Below, piece after piece: positions 14,926 through 29,279 of a DNA stretch of 64,000 nucleotides (position 1 is the stretch's first letter; every line of letters starts with the position of its first letter). Both the position numbers and the translations under genes were made by a program. Origin of the DNA: Camelus ferus (lineage: Eukaryota); the NCBI RefSeq assembly GCF_009834535.1, contig NC_045696.1, positions 5,086,001-5,150,000 on the forward strand, read 5' to 3'. The notes under the pieces are model-generated. The model was given only the letters and a program-made list of their open reading frames with translations. It was not told the DNA's origin and searched no databases.

Positions 14926-15876
14926 TCAGTCACATGCCGGCTCGAGGTGGCTTCACTGAAGCCAGGGAGAGTGAGAGACGCCGTCAGGCAGCCTCGTCAC
15001 TGTCCAGATGTGCACAGAGGTGGCTCTCACCACAGCCAACCATAGAGGAGGACGGTCTCCTGAACCCCATCTCCCACACCGGTTCTTAGTGACTGGACAC
15101 ACCAGGCCAGGCTGCCCCCTCAGACATTCCACAACGGCCACTTGACCCGGGGGGTGGGGGGCAGTTCCCCGGGCCCCCCTCTCCTCTGCCTCCCCTGCAG
15201 GCGGCTCATTTCAAAGCCCAGGGCGCCCGCGGAGGTGTTTCACACGTGGTTGGGAGTTTTCTCAAATTGCCGTGTGTCCTGGGCCTCAGAAGGGAGAGCA
15301 GATCGTCCCGTCTTTGCACAGTACGAGTGGATCCCACCCCAGATCATGCAGCATTTTTAGCTGTCGCCGAGTTTCTGACACTCCAGCATGTCACTGCGGC
15401 GAGGACGCGGGGGGAGTTCACTCCAGGTGACAGGAGGAGCTCGCCGAGCCTCCTCAGCTCCGCTCAGATGTCTGAGAAGTGAGGCCCTGAAAGTCACATG
15501 CACATGGAAGGCCAGTTTGGCTTCTTAACCCTCTTGATGAGCAGTTAGAAGAGTCCCTACGGAGGGAGCACACGTGGTCCCAGTCCCTGGCTTCAGGGTG
15601 TGGGGTCAGCTCCTGCGGGGACCCTTCTGGAGCCACAGCGCTGGCGGGGGATGTATAACACTTAACTTGGGGTGAATTGCTGTTTTTCGGCCCGATTTCT
15701 GCCTGGTGCTCTGTGGCAGTTTGGTGCAAAGAACCTTTTCCAAAGGGCCACAGAGTGTCGGCGCCGCATGAAGGCTGTGTCCCTCTGAGTAATTTCAGGG
15801 CGTGACTGGTGGAGGCCGGGGGCAGCGCTGGCAGCAAGGACAGGGCGGGGAAGGCGCGTGCCCGCCACTGCGATAA

Positions 15877-16398
<522 letters not shown>

Positions 16399-19300
16399 TA
16401 ATACACGCCATCCCTGTCTTCTATCCATTAGAATAATTTTAGACTCTTTAGCTGTTAGTGGAAGCTCTGATTAGTTCCGTCTCCCCACTTAAACATTACA
16501 TAATGGTCTAAGTCATCATGTTCCATGCCAGCTTGAGAATAACATGAGAGTAAGCCCTCAATTTGAGAGCTTCATGTTTGATTTTTTAATTACAAGAATT
16601 TATGATGATTCAGTAAAATTTTAAACCATAGCATGTTTTTCAGATCATTAATTCTTGCTGTTCCACACAATTTGGACTTGATTATAGGGCTATGTCCCAA
16701 ACCCACAAAAACTGGATGCAAAGTAGTTTTTTGTATTATTTTAAGGGAAACCCTGAGGGGTCTCATCCAAGGCTTTCTGAAGAATAACTCAAGTTCCAAT
16801 ACGCACAATAGCAATAGTGAGAAAAGGAAGGAGCGACTGATGGCAAATTGATACCCGTGTGAAATAATTCCAAATCAGAGCTTAGAATGATTCCAGAGCC
16901 AGGACTGGGGGGAACTGCTGTCCCTAAATTCTGTGCTGATTTGGCTCTGCAATTTTTTCCACTCTGTTCCCCAGGAAGTGGGGTAGGATTGGGGTGGGGC
17001 TGCTGTCCATTGCCTGTGACTGACCACATAGTGGTAGGTTTGGTGTCCTTTACTATGTAGATTATCAACATGCTGTTGCTTCGCTTCTTGTCTGTCCTGT
17101 GGGAGCAAAGCGAGGGACATGCACTCAGAGGCCTGGAGAGACTCTTCCCTTCAGCTTTTGTGACTCCTTTCAACACTTTGCTGACATTGTCAGCCACTCT
17201 CTGCTCAGCCCTGCACCCCCAAGCAGCCCCGTCCATCTCCCCTCAGACAGTATCTTCACTGTCTCTCTAGCCCTTCTTGCATTCTAGTTCCTGCACCCAA
17301 ATGAAACCTCATTACTTTCAGTTTTGGGGGGTTTTGTAGAACACATAAGTAATCATGCCCAGTTATGTGCAGGTGTCAGCCAATTCTGCTCAAAGAAATT
17401 GGATTATTTAGGGAAATCTAAGGTCAGAATGCAATGCCATTAGGAAGTCCCACATACATAGAGAAGTCTACAAAGCTATGTCCCGAGTGAAGACAGTTAG
17501 CTTTTAAAATGTGATAGACTCAGAGCTGCTCTGGAGGCTGGCTCTGCCAGCTGCTGGCTCTGGGACTGTGGCACCTTGCCCCTCCTCTGAACCGGACTGT
17601 CCCCGTGTGCAAAGTCTCCGTAACAATCAGGCTGCTCAGAAGGAAGATATAAAAAGTGAAGTGATGTGTGCAAACACCTGGATTGACATGTGGTGGGATG
17701 GCTCCTGACACGAGATACCTGATTATTTGATCTCCACGCCTGCAGAGCGAGGGTGGAACGTTCTTTTGCATTGCTAAGCAATAACACAGATGTCACTGGA
17801 ATTATTATTTAAAGGGCAAATTGATCAGCAACATACATTTTGACACCTGCATTTTTCAGAAGAATGTACAGAAATCCAATAAGGAGGAAAGGCTCCCCAC
17901 ATCTCCTTACTGACTGGTAATTTGGGGCCAATTTTTAATTGATCTTCCAGTTTTAGAAGTTGTAGAGTTCTGTCTCAAGACCTACCCTGGGACCCAAAGT
18001 CTAATTTGTCAATCAAGAAGTCTGTGCATTCATATCCAGTGCTGACGGTGCGTGGCGATGCCGTTGACTCTGGAAGGCCCTGCCTTTGGTATACCAGTTG
18101 CCCCAGGGAGGAGGCGAAGAATTCCACTTGTGCTTAGTGTGTGGAACAAAGCGTGTTATAAAACTGAATGTCGGTATTTACTTGGGATAAATCATCACAT
18201 CTTCAAAAAAAAGGCAGAGCAGAGATTAGGTAAAAGGAGAGAAAAACTAGTGTAATAATAAGCTGATCTCCCAGATTCACGTGAAAAATTCACTAATTTA
18301 GGAATGGTGAAGAACTGTGCCAGCCACCTTTATAGACTCCAAATCTAATCTAAATAGGCACTGAAGCAGTTTACAGAACCGAGTGCCACTTGCGTCTGCT
18401 TGAAAGATGCTTCGTCAGATGCAGAGTACAGATCCTGCTTACGCGTCTATGAAGTCTTACAGTTTTGCAATTTGGATTACACTGCCAACTCCAGTTAAAT
18501 GATGTAAACATGTGGATAGAATTCCAGTAAAACAAAAATTGTCAACATCTGTTAAGTTTTTCCTCAGTAGAGGCACAAGTTGAAGTTTCCTTGTTTATTG
18601 ATGTTCTTGGAACTGAAGAAATACTAACACATTAATGACAATATTCAATTCCATCCTCTGCGTCCAGCACTGTTCTTAAACCTCTCAGTATCAAGGGGCC
18701 TGGAGTTTTAAATTGTGTTGCTAGTTCACTGATCACCTTAAAAAAGGAAAAATGTTTCACTTACTCATGAAAGAGACAAAAACAGAATCAAATAATAAAT
18801 TAGTTAATTAAAATAGATTAAATAAATACATAAAATTGAAAAATAAAGCAGACAGGAAGTTTACTTTCACAGAGGGCCGTTAGCAGTGGAAATTTTGTTT
18901 AGAGAACGAGTCTTCTTGCCGTAAGTCGTTTCTTAGCCTCTGTAAGGATGCTTGAGCCAGTGGACCCTTGGACATGCTCCTGAGTCCATAGACACAGTCT
19001 CAGATCTGTAAGTACAGCCCTGGGTCCGCGGGCACGTTCTCAGGGCCTGTGAGAACTGCTCAGGATTCAGGTTCTCCTCCCAGGACGGCTCAGTCAGTGA
19101 GAGCGCACACCTTTATCACTGCTGCAAGGCCACAGAAGGCTGCTTGCCTATCGAGCTTTCTGTTTGTGAACACAAGACAACTAACTCTGAGTTATGTAAC
19201 GTTTGTGAGGTCCTAAGACCACTCTGCTTGCTCAGAGTGTAATCTGAGCAAAGCCACTGGGAAAGAGAACACAGACCAGCAGTCTGTTAACTGTCTAGTT

Positions 19301-19700
19301 GTCGGCTTCACTCCGCAGGCAGAAGGTGGTTTCAGCCCTGATGCTTTTCTGCCAGAGTAAACGTTGTGTCTGTGTAAAAGCGGTGGCCGGCTGGGTCTTA
19401 CTGCAGTTGTTTATGGAGCGCGTCGCTGACGCACAGAGCCCTGTAAGGTGGTGTGTGGGACGAAGACCCGCAGGAGGGGGGCACGTGATCGTTGGTCCCT
19501 CCAGCCACGTTAACCGTCTCTGGTAGGACTGAAAGTGGAGCTACGAGTAAGGGAAAGATAGACGGGTATCGGGATGTTTCTGAGCCCTCTGGGCCCCGGG
19601 TCTTGAGCCACACATTCTCTTGAAGGCAGGGATGGTGTGTCCTCAGGTGGTGATGAAGCTGCATCTTGATACCTTAGAAGTGAGGGATCCTGTGTGTGGC

Positions 19701-19724
19701 GTGTGTGTGTGTGTGTGTGTGTGT
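19701..19724. repeat. (GT)12 microsatellite
   Basis: Seen directly. Confidence 0.95.
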
Positions 19725-20339
19725 TTGCCTAACCACCAGCGGTGCTGCCCCTCAGTAGGCACTGAAGGTGTGTGTCCTGGGATGACCTGCCAATCAACTA
19801 GTCAGTATCAATACTGCTTAGGATTCCACAGCCCGAGAGCATCTGGCAGTGCTGTGATGTGCTCTGTGCAGTGGCAGGCACACCAGCCGCACAGCAGACC
19901 AGGATGTCCTGGGAGGTCACAGCTGCCTGCATTGCGGTGATCCCATATGGGTTCCTGTGAAGCCTCAGTGCTCCTGGGGGGCCTCAGAGGCGCCCAGCAG
20001 TGATGGAGAGGCCCCCTGGGCCCCCTGCTCCCTGCTCTGCTTCAGAAAGAGCCATCCCACTTCCCTTGTTAGACACTGCTTTCCCACGTGACACACTGAA
20101 GGAATCGTCTGCTTTAAAGGATGTTTGAAAACCACTGCTCTCCTGAGAGCAAAGGCCAGAAATGGTGGAGTCTTCTGGAAATGGGAAGAGAAAAGGGACA
20201 AGTGTGCCTTGCTTGGCCGTGATGACACCTGCTGTTCTGGGCACGTCTGTGTGTGTCACGTCATCTGCTCGTGGCTCAGAGAAGCCACTGTGGACTCTGG
20301 GGTTTGGGTGGATCTGGTTTTCATGGTGGGTTACACGGG

Positions 20340-20691
20340 CACACACACACACACACACACACGGGTGTACACACACATCACACTCACCAGTTACAGACAC
20401 ACTGCACACACAGATTACATACACACACCACACATACATGCACAAACACGGATGTACACACACCACACACATCACATATACACACATTATACACACGGAT
20501 ATCACACACACCACATGCATCACTTACACACACTACACATAAGATCACATACCCACACCCCACACCATACACAATACACACACACCACAGACACACACAC
20601 CACACACACCACAGGCGTCACATACACGCACACCGCACACATCACAGACACACACCACACAAACCACAGCCACACACATACACACACACAC
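20340..20691. repeat. Degenerate CA-rich simple repeat (~350 bp)
   Basis: Imperfect (CA)n/(CACAT)n tract that produces the His/Thr- and Cys/Val-rich spurious ORFs. Confidence 0.9.
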
Positions 20692-20854
20692 CTGCCTGCG
20701 GCTGATCACCAAGACCAGAAAAACGATGATGCCTAAATGAAGCTGTCAGAAGTGTCTGTCGGGACTTGGACTTTTGTCCTACTTCAGATCAAGGCAATGT
20801 TCTTACAGAAAATGGCGTTGATGTTTCACATTAAGATATGAGATGGCCTGACTG

Positions 20855-21493
20855 CATGGCTCCCTCTTCTGTGCTGCGGAACAAATCATCACAGATTTAG
20901 CACCTTAAAACAACACGTTATTATCTCACCGTGTCCTGGGTCAGGAGTCAGGTGTGAGTCAGCAGGGCCCCTGGATCAGGATCTCAGAGGCTGAAGTCAC
21001 AGTGCCAGCTGGGCCTGGAGTCCCCTCTGAGGTCCATCCTCTCCCGAGCTCACTGGTGATCGGCAGGACCCCGTCCACGTGTCTGGAGGGCTGAGACCAG
21101 CTCCTCAGTTCCCAGAGGCCACCAACAACCCCTGTCATCTGGCCCCAGTGGGTCACATTGTCATGTGGTCGGAGCAGGGCCGTTTGTCTCTCCCTCACCA
21201 GCAGAAGCGTGTCTCTACTGCTTCAAACTGCTGTCACTTCTTCCCTCTCTGACTTCTAGGCTCTCTAGAGGCTCGTCTCATTAAGCCAGGCCCACCCAAG
21301 ATACTCTCCTTTTGATTAACTTAAAGTCAGCTGAGTAGAGCCTTGATTGTATCTGCAAGCTCCCTTCACCTTTGCCACAGAATGTCACCTGAGTTTGAGA
21401 GTTACCCATCCATCATAGTGACAGGGACCGCCCACATTCTCAGGAAGTAATTACACAGGCAGGTACATCAGGGGTGAGAATTCTGCCTACCAC
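20855..21493 (-). mobile_element. MLT1-type (ERVL-MaLR) LTR
   Basis: AAATCATCACAGATTTAGCACCTTAAAACAACAC..TTATCTCAC at the start, CCCTTCACCTTTGCCA internally and AGAATTCTGCCTACCACA at the end, typical of MLT1 in reverse orientation. Confidence 0.75.
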
Positions 21494-22519
21494 ACTGAGC
21501 TCGTGGAGAAAATCTGTTTGGAGGACCTAGGATTTCCAGATCCTGGCCCAGGCCCTGGAGACACAGCAGAGAACACAGGCGAGGTGGGGCCTGCAGGCTG
21601 GTGGGGGCACAGGTTTACTACTCACTCCGGAGCGAGCTGTGATAAGTGCTGGGAGGAGGGGTCTTCAGAGAGAATATGGGAGCCCTGATCTAGTCCAGGC
21701 TAGTGACCGAGAGCTTTCTTGAGAAAGTGAACCTGAGAGATGAGTAAGAGTTGCCGAGGCGAGGTGGGGTGGGGACGGTTCCAGGCGGGAGCCCAAGGCT
21801 CTCGGCCGTCACGTGCCAAGGACCTGACGTGGGCGACGCATGCCACATCCCACATCTGGGGACCTGAAAAGGGGTCCAGGGCTGTGGAAGAGAGCCTGGC
21901 CACTGACCTGACACGTCCACACGGAGGTCTGAAGGGCACACCGACCTTACACATCCACTGAGAGCGAGGAGGGGGACGGGAGAAGAATTCTAGGTCCTGG
22001 CTTTTGCAGCCGAGGAGATGGCTGTGCCATTTCTGGCGATAGAGGAGGAGAGGAGGGAGCTTGGGAGAGAGGATGCTGAGCCCTGGTTGGAGCAGGACGG
22101 GTGTAAGATGCCATGCGTCCAAGTGCAAGTGCCATTGGCAGTCAAGACACATGATTCTAAAAGCACCTGCGGAGCGGAGAGAGGTCTAGGCAGACTGGGA
22201 GACTGGAGAGAGATGGTTCTTGGCAGCTGCATGCTTTACTTCAACCAATCAACTTTGGAGTCAGAAATTCACCAAATGGCGGCCGGAAAGTTGTGAAAGC
22301 TGCCTAAGCATGCCTTTTTCATAAGAAAAAGGATTACCAAAATGTGACCTGATGGCTAGGTGCGTTTTCACAAACTCTGTCCCAGACACACCGTCCTACG
22401 CGCTCAGCATCTGGTGTTTGTAATTCAACCCTGAGTCAAAAGTAGAGGCCAGGTTCCTTCAACGACATGCGATATAAAGAAATGACAGTGGGTGTTACAA
22501 GCAATAGCTAGACTCTATC

Positions 22520-22730
22520 TAGTGCATATTGTGTTCAGGACTCTGTTAATTCTTTAGCCCTCATAATGCTAGCAGTAAAATGGTAAATAGGTGTTGTTGC
22601 GGCTTCATAGACGAGGAAACTGAAACTCACACAGGCAGCTTAGTGAACACGCCCAGGACGTAGGCCCGAGTGGTGGAGCTGGGCCAGCCGCGGGGGCCGC
22701 AAGGCCCAGACCTTTAACCATTATGGTATA
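22520..22730 (-). mobile_element. MIR SINE fragment
   Basis: CATAGACGAGGAAACTGAAACTC..TTAGTGAACACGCCCAGG, the reverse MIR core. Confidence 0.6.
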
Positions 22731-24623
22731 ACCCAAACCAGAAGTAAAAATTTATTTCTGGTTCTTAAAGGGTTGGCTCAGCAATCCTGAAAATTCTTCC
22801 AGAACGTCTCGTTCCTCAGTTTCAACAGAGTTACCATTTTCTTGTGCCAAATTCTAATAACCCTCCAAGGAGAGATTGTACGAGATAAACCACAAGTCAG
22901 CGTCTGAGAAGCCAGATGGGGTTTAGACAGTAAGTGCAATGGAAGTGCTTTGATCTGATGTGATCAAGGCAAGTTAATGGAAATAATCAACTAAAGAAAG
23001 ATTCACTGCATCGTACAGCGACCAAGAGACGTAACCATTCTATTTTAACTTAAAACATATAAATATATGTCTATTATGTAATCATTGGCTAATCGAATGC
23101 CCCAGGCTGTTTCGGGTGAAGCGATTAGAGTTCTGTGTTCTTTCATTCCTTGAACTGTATTCATCCTGGACCATCTGCAACTTCCGCTTTAATTACTTGA
23201 CAGTGGAGTAAAAGCATATAGTTGCCGGCCAATAACCTGTCTTTTTAACTTGCCTGTTTGCCTTGGTTTTTTTGCCACGTGTCCTGTTCTTCTCACTGGT
23301 CCTGAAGTTTCTTTTATTCTAACTAAGCTTTAGAAAGCTTTTCCAAAAAGTCCCATCAATTGTCATAAAAACAGCTCTCTTTTGTACTCATATTTTATTG
23401 GTTCCAGTAAATTACGATTGTCGTAAACAGGGTGCAACCGACCAGACTGAGTCTTGTTGAGCAACTAGCCAAGGGATTGCTGCCAAGTCCTTGGGGGTCC
23501 CAGGCCGAGGGAGTGCCCGGCCTGGTGGACTGCAGCTGGGTGCTTGCATTACAGAAGAGACTGATTGTGTGGCCAAGCTGGGGCATCCATTAGAGTGGAA
23601 ATAGGAAGCAAATGTCTGATCTACAACGACTTCAGGGGGCGCCCGTGTGGCTCTGAACCAGGGTGTGGACATCTTGGCAGCTGCCCTCACCTGTAGGAAA
23701 CTTGGCATAAATGCCCAGCATATTCGGGACACTGGTACCTTGTTCCCAAGGACCTTTTTGTCCATCCTTCACCTCTCATGTGTGTTCCCTTTTCTTGAGC
23801 TTCTGCTGTTGGTGGGTGGGACTGGCCAAAAACTGATCCCAAGATTCTAGCTGTTCAAAGGATGACTGTGTCCAGCCCGAGTTAGCTCTCACCAGAGCTG
23901 TCAGTCTTGTCGCTTTGACCTAGAAGAGTCAAGGGCACGATTATAAGACACACCTTCAACTCCAAAAATATTTACTGTGAAGTTATGTTGTTGTTGGAGC
24001 AGGAGGAGACTCAAAGCTTCCTCCAGGGCTCACAAGGGACTCGTACTGGTTTGAATTTGAAGGTCTCCGTCAAGCGGAGAGCCTCTCTTCGCGTGCAGTT
24101 AGAGCAGTGAGGGACCAAGCAAGGACCTCGGCGCTCCCCTCATGGCAGGTTCAACACTCTTCCCCTTTATCCTGCCTTCTCACCCCCCACCCCATCCTGC
24201 CTCTTCTTTCTTGTGGGAAAACAAAAGGATGGGGCGAGGGGCGCTTCAGTTCAGTCTCACTTCCCAAATTATGCTTAGTATTGTTCACACCCTCTTCTGT
24301 ATTCTTAGATGATTTAAAGAGGGGACTTTCTGCAAACCTTTCACGTAAAACCTATTCTCATAACAAGTGGTTCCGTACCGCTCCTGGGCCACACGGTGCT
24401 GGGCACGGAAGGGTGGTCCCTGAAGACAGGTAACTGCCCCCGTTCCTCTCTGACTCAGGAGGCAAGATGTGCCACCCCAGCCCGTCCAAAGCCAAACACT
24501 GCAGCACAATCCAGAATGACCCAGAAGCTAAATTCCCTCTTCAGAGGCAGGAAGTCACCAGGGACCGAAAAGGGCAGAGGAGGCTCCCAGGAAGACGGGG
24601 ACTTGAACTGACTGTATTAGTTC

Positions 24624-25090
24624 TGTTAAAGAAACCGTTATTCCTGACGCTTGTCAAAGGACAGAAAGGCAGGCTGTTTTCAGGGGAACCGTTGTGGCCG
24701 GTGTGGACACAGCCACGGTGGGGTTTTGAACAGGGGCGAGAAAGGGGGCTCAGCTCTGAATACAGCAGGTGAAGGTGGGGATTTATAGCCAAGGAGCGAA
24801 GGGGAGGGAGTGGGGTCATGGGGTGAGCAGCGACTAAGAGGAAACTCAGGGATGAGCGCAATTCTGGCTGCGTAGACCTAACAGGGCTTTTGCAGAAGGC
24901 AGGCGAGGACGATCAGCTATTACCTGGCGGTGGGGGAGAATGAAGACTTTAGTCAGGTAACGAAGGTGATCCGATACCTTGGGGGTTCTGGCTAAACTGA
25001 TTTAGCAGGATTCTTGCTAAGATGAGCTCTTACAGGACAGGCCCGAGGAGAGGGGTCAGTGGAGCTCTTGGGTCACTGGTCCAAGAGACA
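24624..25090 (-). mobile_element. MER31/MER67-like ERV1 LTR
   Basis: TGTTAAAGAAA end, GGGATTTATAGCCAAGGAGC, and GGGGGTTCTGGCTAAACTGATTTAGCAGGATTCTTGCTAA matching the recalled MER31 consensus in reverse. Confidence 0.7.
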
Positions 25091-25091
25091 C

Positions 25092-25511
25092 TGTGTCAGG
25101 TCCCAGGGAGGCTGTAGCAAAGGAGGGCAGACTGGGGGACTTCAAGGACAGGAATGTATTGTCTCACGGTTCTGGAGGTGAGAAGTCCAAGATCGAGGTG
25201 TCAGCAGGGTTACTGCCTGTTGAGGGCCGTGAGGGAGGCTCCGTCCCCAGGCCTCTCTCTTTGGCTTGTAGACCGTCATCTTCTCCCTGGGTCTTCATGT
25301 GGTCTTCCCTTTACACGTGGCTTTGTGTCCACCTTTCCCTTTTGGACAGGACACCAGCCATCCTGGGCCAGGGCTCACCCTAGTGACCACAGGCTAGCTT
25401 GGTTAATCATCTCTGCAAAGATTCTGTCTCCAAATAAGACCACATTCCGAGGCCGTAGGGTTAGGGCTTCAACACGTGGGTTTTGAGGGGACACAGTTCA
25501 GCCCGCCCCAC
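25092..25511 (-). mobile_element. MLT1 (B/C-like) MaLR LTR
   Basis: TCTCACGGTTCTGGAGG..GAAGTCCAAGATCGAGGTGTCAGCAGGGTT and ATCTCTGCAAAGA..TCCAAATAAG..GGGTTAGGGCTTCAACA..GGGGACACAGTTCAGCCC. Confidence 0.8.
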
Positions 25512-25529
25512 CGACTCCTGAAGAGCTGA

Positions 25530-25934
<405 letters not shown>

Positions 25935-27578
25935 TGAATCCTTCTAAGGGTCACAGTCGTCTGAAATTATTGTTTATCTGGTGAGTTCCCACAAAACTGC
26001 CAGCCGGCTTATCAAAATCAAAGCCCAGAGGCCTTGATAGTGGACAACACCTACTGATGTGGCTCTTGGAATTGTCATTAAGGGGCTTCAGGCTTCCCCC
26101 GCCGCCCTCCCTCTGCTCCCCCCGCCCCCCAGCCCCCCAGCTTCCCTCCCTGCCCACCCCCGACTGGGCCAGCGCACAGGCCCGCCCCTGCTGTGGGACA
26201 AATGGGGGACTTTAAGAAGAATCTGTGGCCCTGAATTCACTGTGAAGGAATTAAAAGTCAGAGCACTCCATATTTCACATTATGGTATTGATTACCATGA
26301 ATTTTATTCCCGCTGAAGAATGCTTACAGAATTTAACTGTTTCTTAAACAAAACAAAACAAAAAAGCAGAGGGGGAGCAGGTGTGTGACTCCCAGGGGTC
26401 CTCATCTGCTCAGAAAGATCACGTTGTAAGTTCTGCTGCTTTAGGTCAACAGCAGCACCGCCGGCACTGAAGGAGAGCCTTCGGTGTAGCGTGCTCAGTG
26501 TCGGCTGGGCGTCAGAACTTCCATGTGAGTTCCTTATTTGGTTTCAAACATGCTATTAAGAGCCTTCCAGAAACAAAGTGATGCGAGCAGGCCAACCAGA
26601 AAAGGTGGGAAATAACTCCATTTCTCCCTCACTGACGTCTTACAACCACTGGCAGGTGTGTCTGTGCTGCCTTTGGACCGTATTGAGAAAAAAAAAAAAA
26701 AGCCAAAAACCCACTGTGAGCTGGAAATGTGATTATCACAAGGTGCCCGGATCTTCTGGGTTAAGCTTTGCACGGAGGGTCCAGAACCCTGGAGCTGCCC
26801 CAGTAACGTGAAGTGAACCAGAGCCAGGGCTACGCCATCCCCAGAGCTACGCTGCTATCCACCTACTTCAAACAGCGTTCAAGAGTACGAGGCCTGTTTT
26901 TAAATAGAGCTCATTTTTCAGGGCAGTTTTAGGCTGACAGCAAAACTGAGTGTGAGGCACAGAGGTTTCTCATACGAGACCTGTTTTTAAAATAAAACAA
27001 CACCATTCCAGGTGAAGATCAGAGAGAACTGACACGCTTCTCTTCAGAGGCGAATCCTTGAAAAATCCCACCTACTATTCTGTGTTTTCACATGGAATGA
27101 ATAATAAACTATAACTTGCTGGAAAAGGTTTTTTTTCCCCCCATCTTTAGTTTTTGTAATTTAATTTTAAGTCAGAAAACCGGATGCCAACAAGTTTTCA
27201 GAGGCTCCGACCTGGTTGCCTGTGTATCACAAGGAACACCAGAGGGCAGCCCTAGCTCTGTGCATTTTCCTTGCTCATATATCTGATTTTTTCCCTCTGA
27301 AATGACTTCATAGCTGAATGTAGAACATGGACCAATAAATTAGGACACAGCACACTCTGTAATTTAATCTTCTTTATCAGAGTCCCTCAGCTAAAGTCGT
27401 TGCTGATGTAAATTTTCTCTCAAGAGCCTCCGTCCATCCTCCTCCTTGTTAAAAGACACAGGTTCTTTTCTCTACCATGTAAATGCATTATCTGATTATA
27501 AGCATTGGTTTCATGGTGTTCCCTCAGTTCAGCTTAGGAAATAAAAGTCTTTAGAGTTGGAAACTGTGTTGATAGACA

Positions 27579-28065
27579 TCGACTGAAATGAAATGCACAA
27601 CCTAAAAGCTGAGCGTTGTGTTTTATTCGGTGGACTTTCTGAGGACTTGAGCCCTGGAGGTGGCCTCTCAGATGGCGCAGCTCCAAAGAGGCAGAGGAGG
27701 AGCCAGGATATATAGGAGTTTTTGCAACAAAGACCAGGTAGTCAAAAGATTACTGGTTAAAGAAAACCAGACCTCTCAACTTAAGGCATTTTCTGCTTTT
27801 CTCTGTATGGGAAGGCGCAAAGGTCTGGGCTCACTGAAATCACTCCTTTGATGTGCATCTTAGCTGTCCAGGGCCAGTGTCCTGTTCTCTCGCATCCTGA
27901 GTCCCCTCAGGGGCACCGCTGGGGGCGGCTGCAGGGGCCGGGCTGCCTGCCTGTCTCCATCCTGAGTTCCCTCCGCTCACTGTCGGGGGCGGCGGTAGCA
28001 GCTGATGACTTGGTGGCCACAGCATCCTTTGTTTACTGATATGACTGCAATATTTTTCATTCACA
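27579..28065 (-). mobile_element. Cetartiodactyl-type ERV solo LTR
   Basis: AAATGCACAACCTAAAAG..TTTTATT (minus-strand AATAAA), GGATATATAGGAG TATA region, TATGGGAAG..GCAAAGGTCTGGGCTCACTGAAATCA..CCTTTGAT, ending TCACA. Confidence 0.7.
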
Positions 28066-29279
28066 CAACAAGAAACTATCAATTTATCTCAAGACTGGCT
28101 GTCTAAAAGTCATGCTTGGTAAACATTAATCTCATTGTGAGGGACCAGTAAATGCAACAAAACATCAACCCCCACCCAATCAGAGCAAAATCTCAAAATA
28201 TGTTTGATTCAGGAACTCATCCACGTAATTTTTGGACCGTGGCTATTAATTAATATACAGTGGTTTGAATGATCAATTCATACTGTATGATAAGCAGTGG
28301 AAATCCAAATAAGTGAGCTAACCTTGTGAGGACCCAGATAAAAAGTATAGCCAATCTGGATTTCCTCTTTAATGACCCTCCCCGCATAGTAGCAGCAGAC
28401 TGAAAAATGCTACATAGCACATAAGCACTAGGTTATAGAAACTGTCTATTTCCCACTGCTAAGCTGGTGTGCAGTAGGATTGAGAAATGAGAAATTAGAT
28501 AGAACAAACTTCTCATTAATGAAGACTAAAAATCAGAAGGCCTTTAAATTGTACCAACAAGCTGTGAACCACATCAGGGATTCTAGTTTCAGATGAAAAG
28601 GTCATCCAGTTTCTGCACAGAGTAGGGCTCAGGAGATGTTGCTGAATGAGCTAGTGAGACTTGTGGCAACTAACTCTCCACAGAGCAGCCATAACTTAGA
28701 ACTCAGCAAGGCTTCTGGGAAGCCAGAAAAGGAACGTTCACCAGGTCCAGACAACATTCAGGCCAAGGTAGCAGGTGTGGGTTCTCCCTCCCGGGCCTCC
28801 CAAGACTGCATTTCATAGTGCCACAGGGAGGCTGAGGAGGAGAGAGGGTGGCTGCAGAGAACCAGAAATGGTCAGGAATCTCCAGTCAAAAAACAGTGCC
28901 GTAACAGAACCAGGCAAGGAGCTCTAACCTGACCATCTATAGCTATAATGATGGCATCTTGATGGTTGTCTCTCAGCAGTCATCAGGGACCTTCGGGTTG
29001 TGAAACTGCATTACCTCTTAAGAATGTTCTTCCTATTTCAAGTTTTAGCACAGCATGTTTAGTGTTATATAGTTATTTGTTTTTAAATGTTTTTCTTAGC
29101 TTCCATTATCTTTTTATTCTTTCTCTTTTGTTGCTCCCTCTCCCTCAATATCTCACTCTTAAATGTAGGCATTTTTCAATACTCTTCATTTAACCTCTTT
29201 TCATATTCTTTAGTATCAACATGAGTAACTGAATCTATTCGCATAATTTAACTCTCACCTGAAATTAGTGGGTTCAAAA

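Noticed and set aside
19984..20736. Long ORFs (up to 203 aa) rich in His/Thr or Cys/Val
   Set aside because: They are translations of the CA/TG simple repeat, with no domain or splice support.
27236..27252. Second CTCF-like motif ACACCAGAGGGCAGC
   Set aside because: It mismatches at a core 5' C and is much weaker than the 10235 site, so it cannot be supported without matrix scoring or ChIP.
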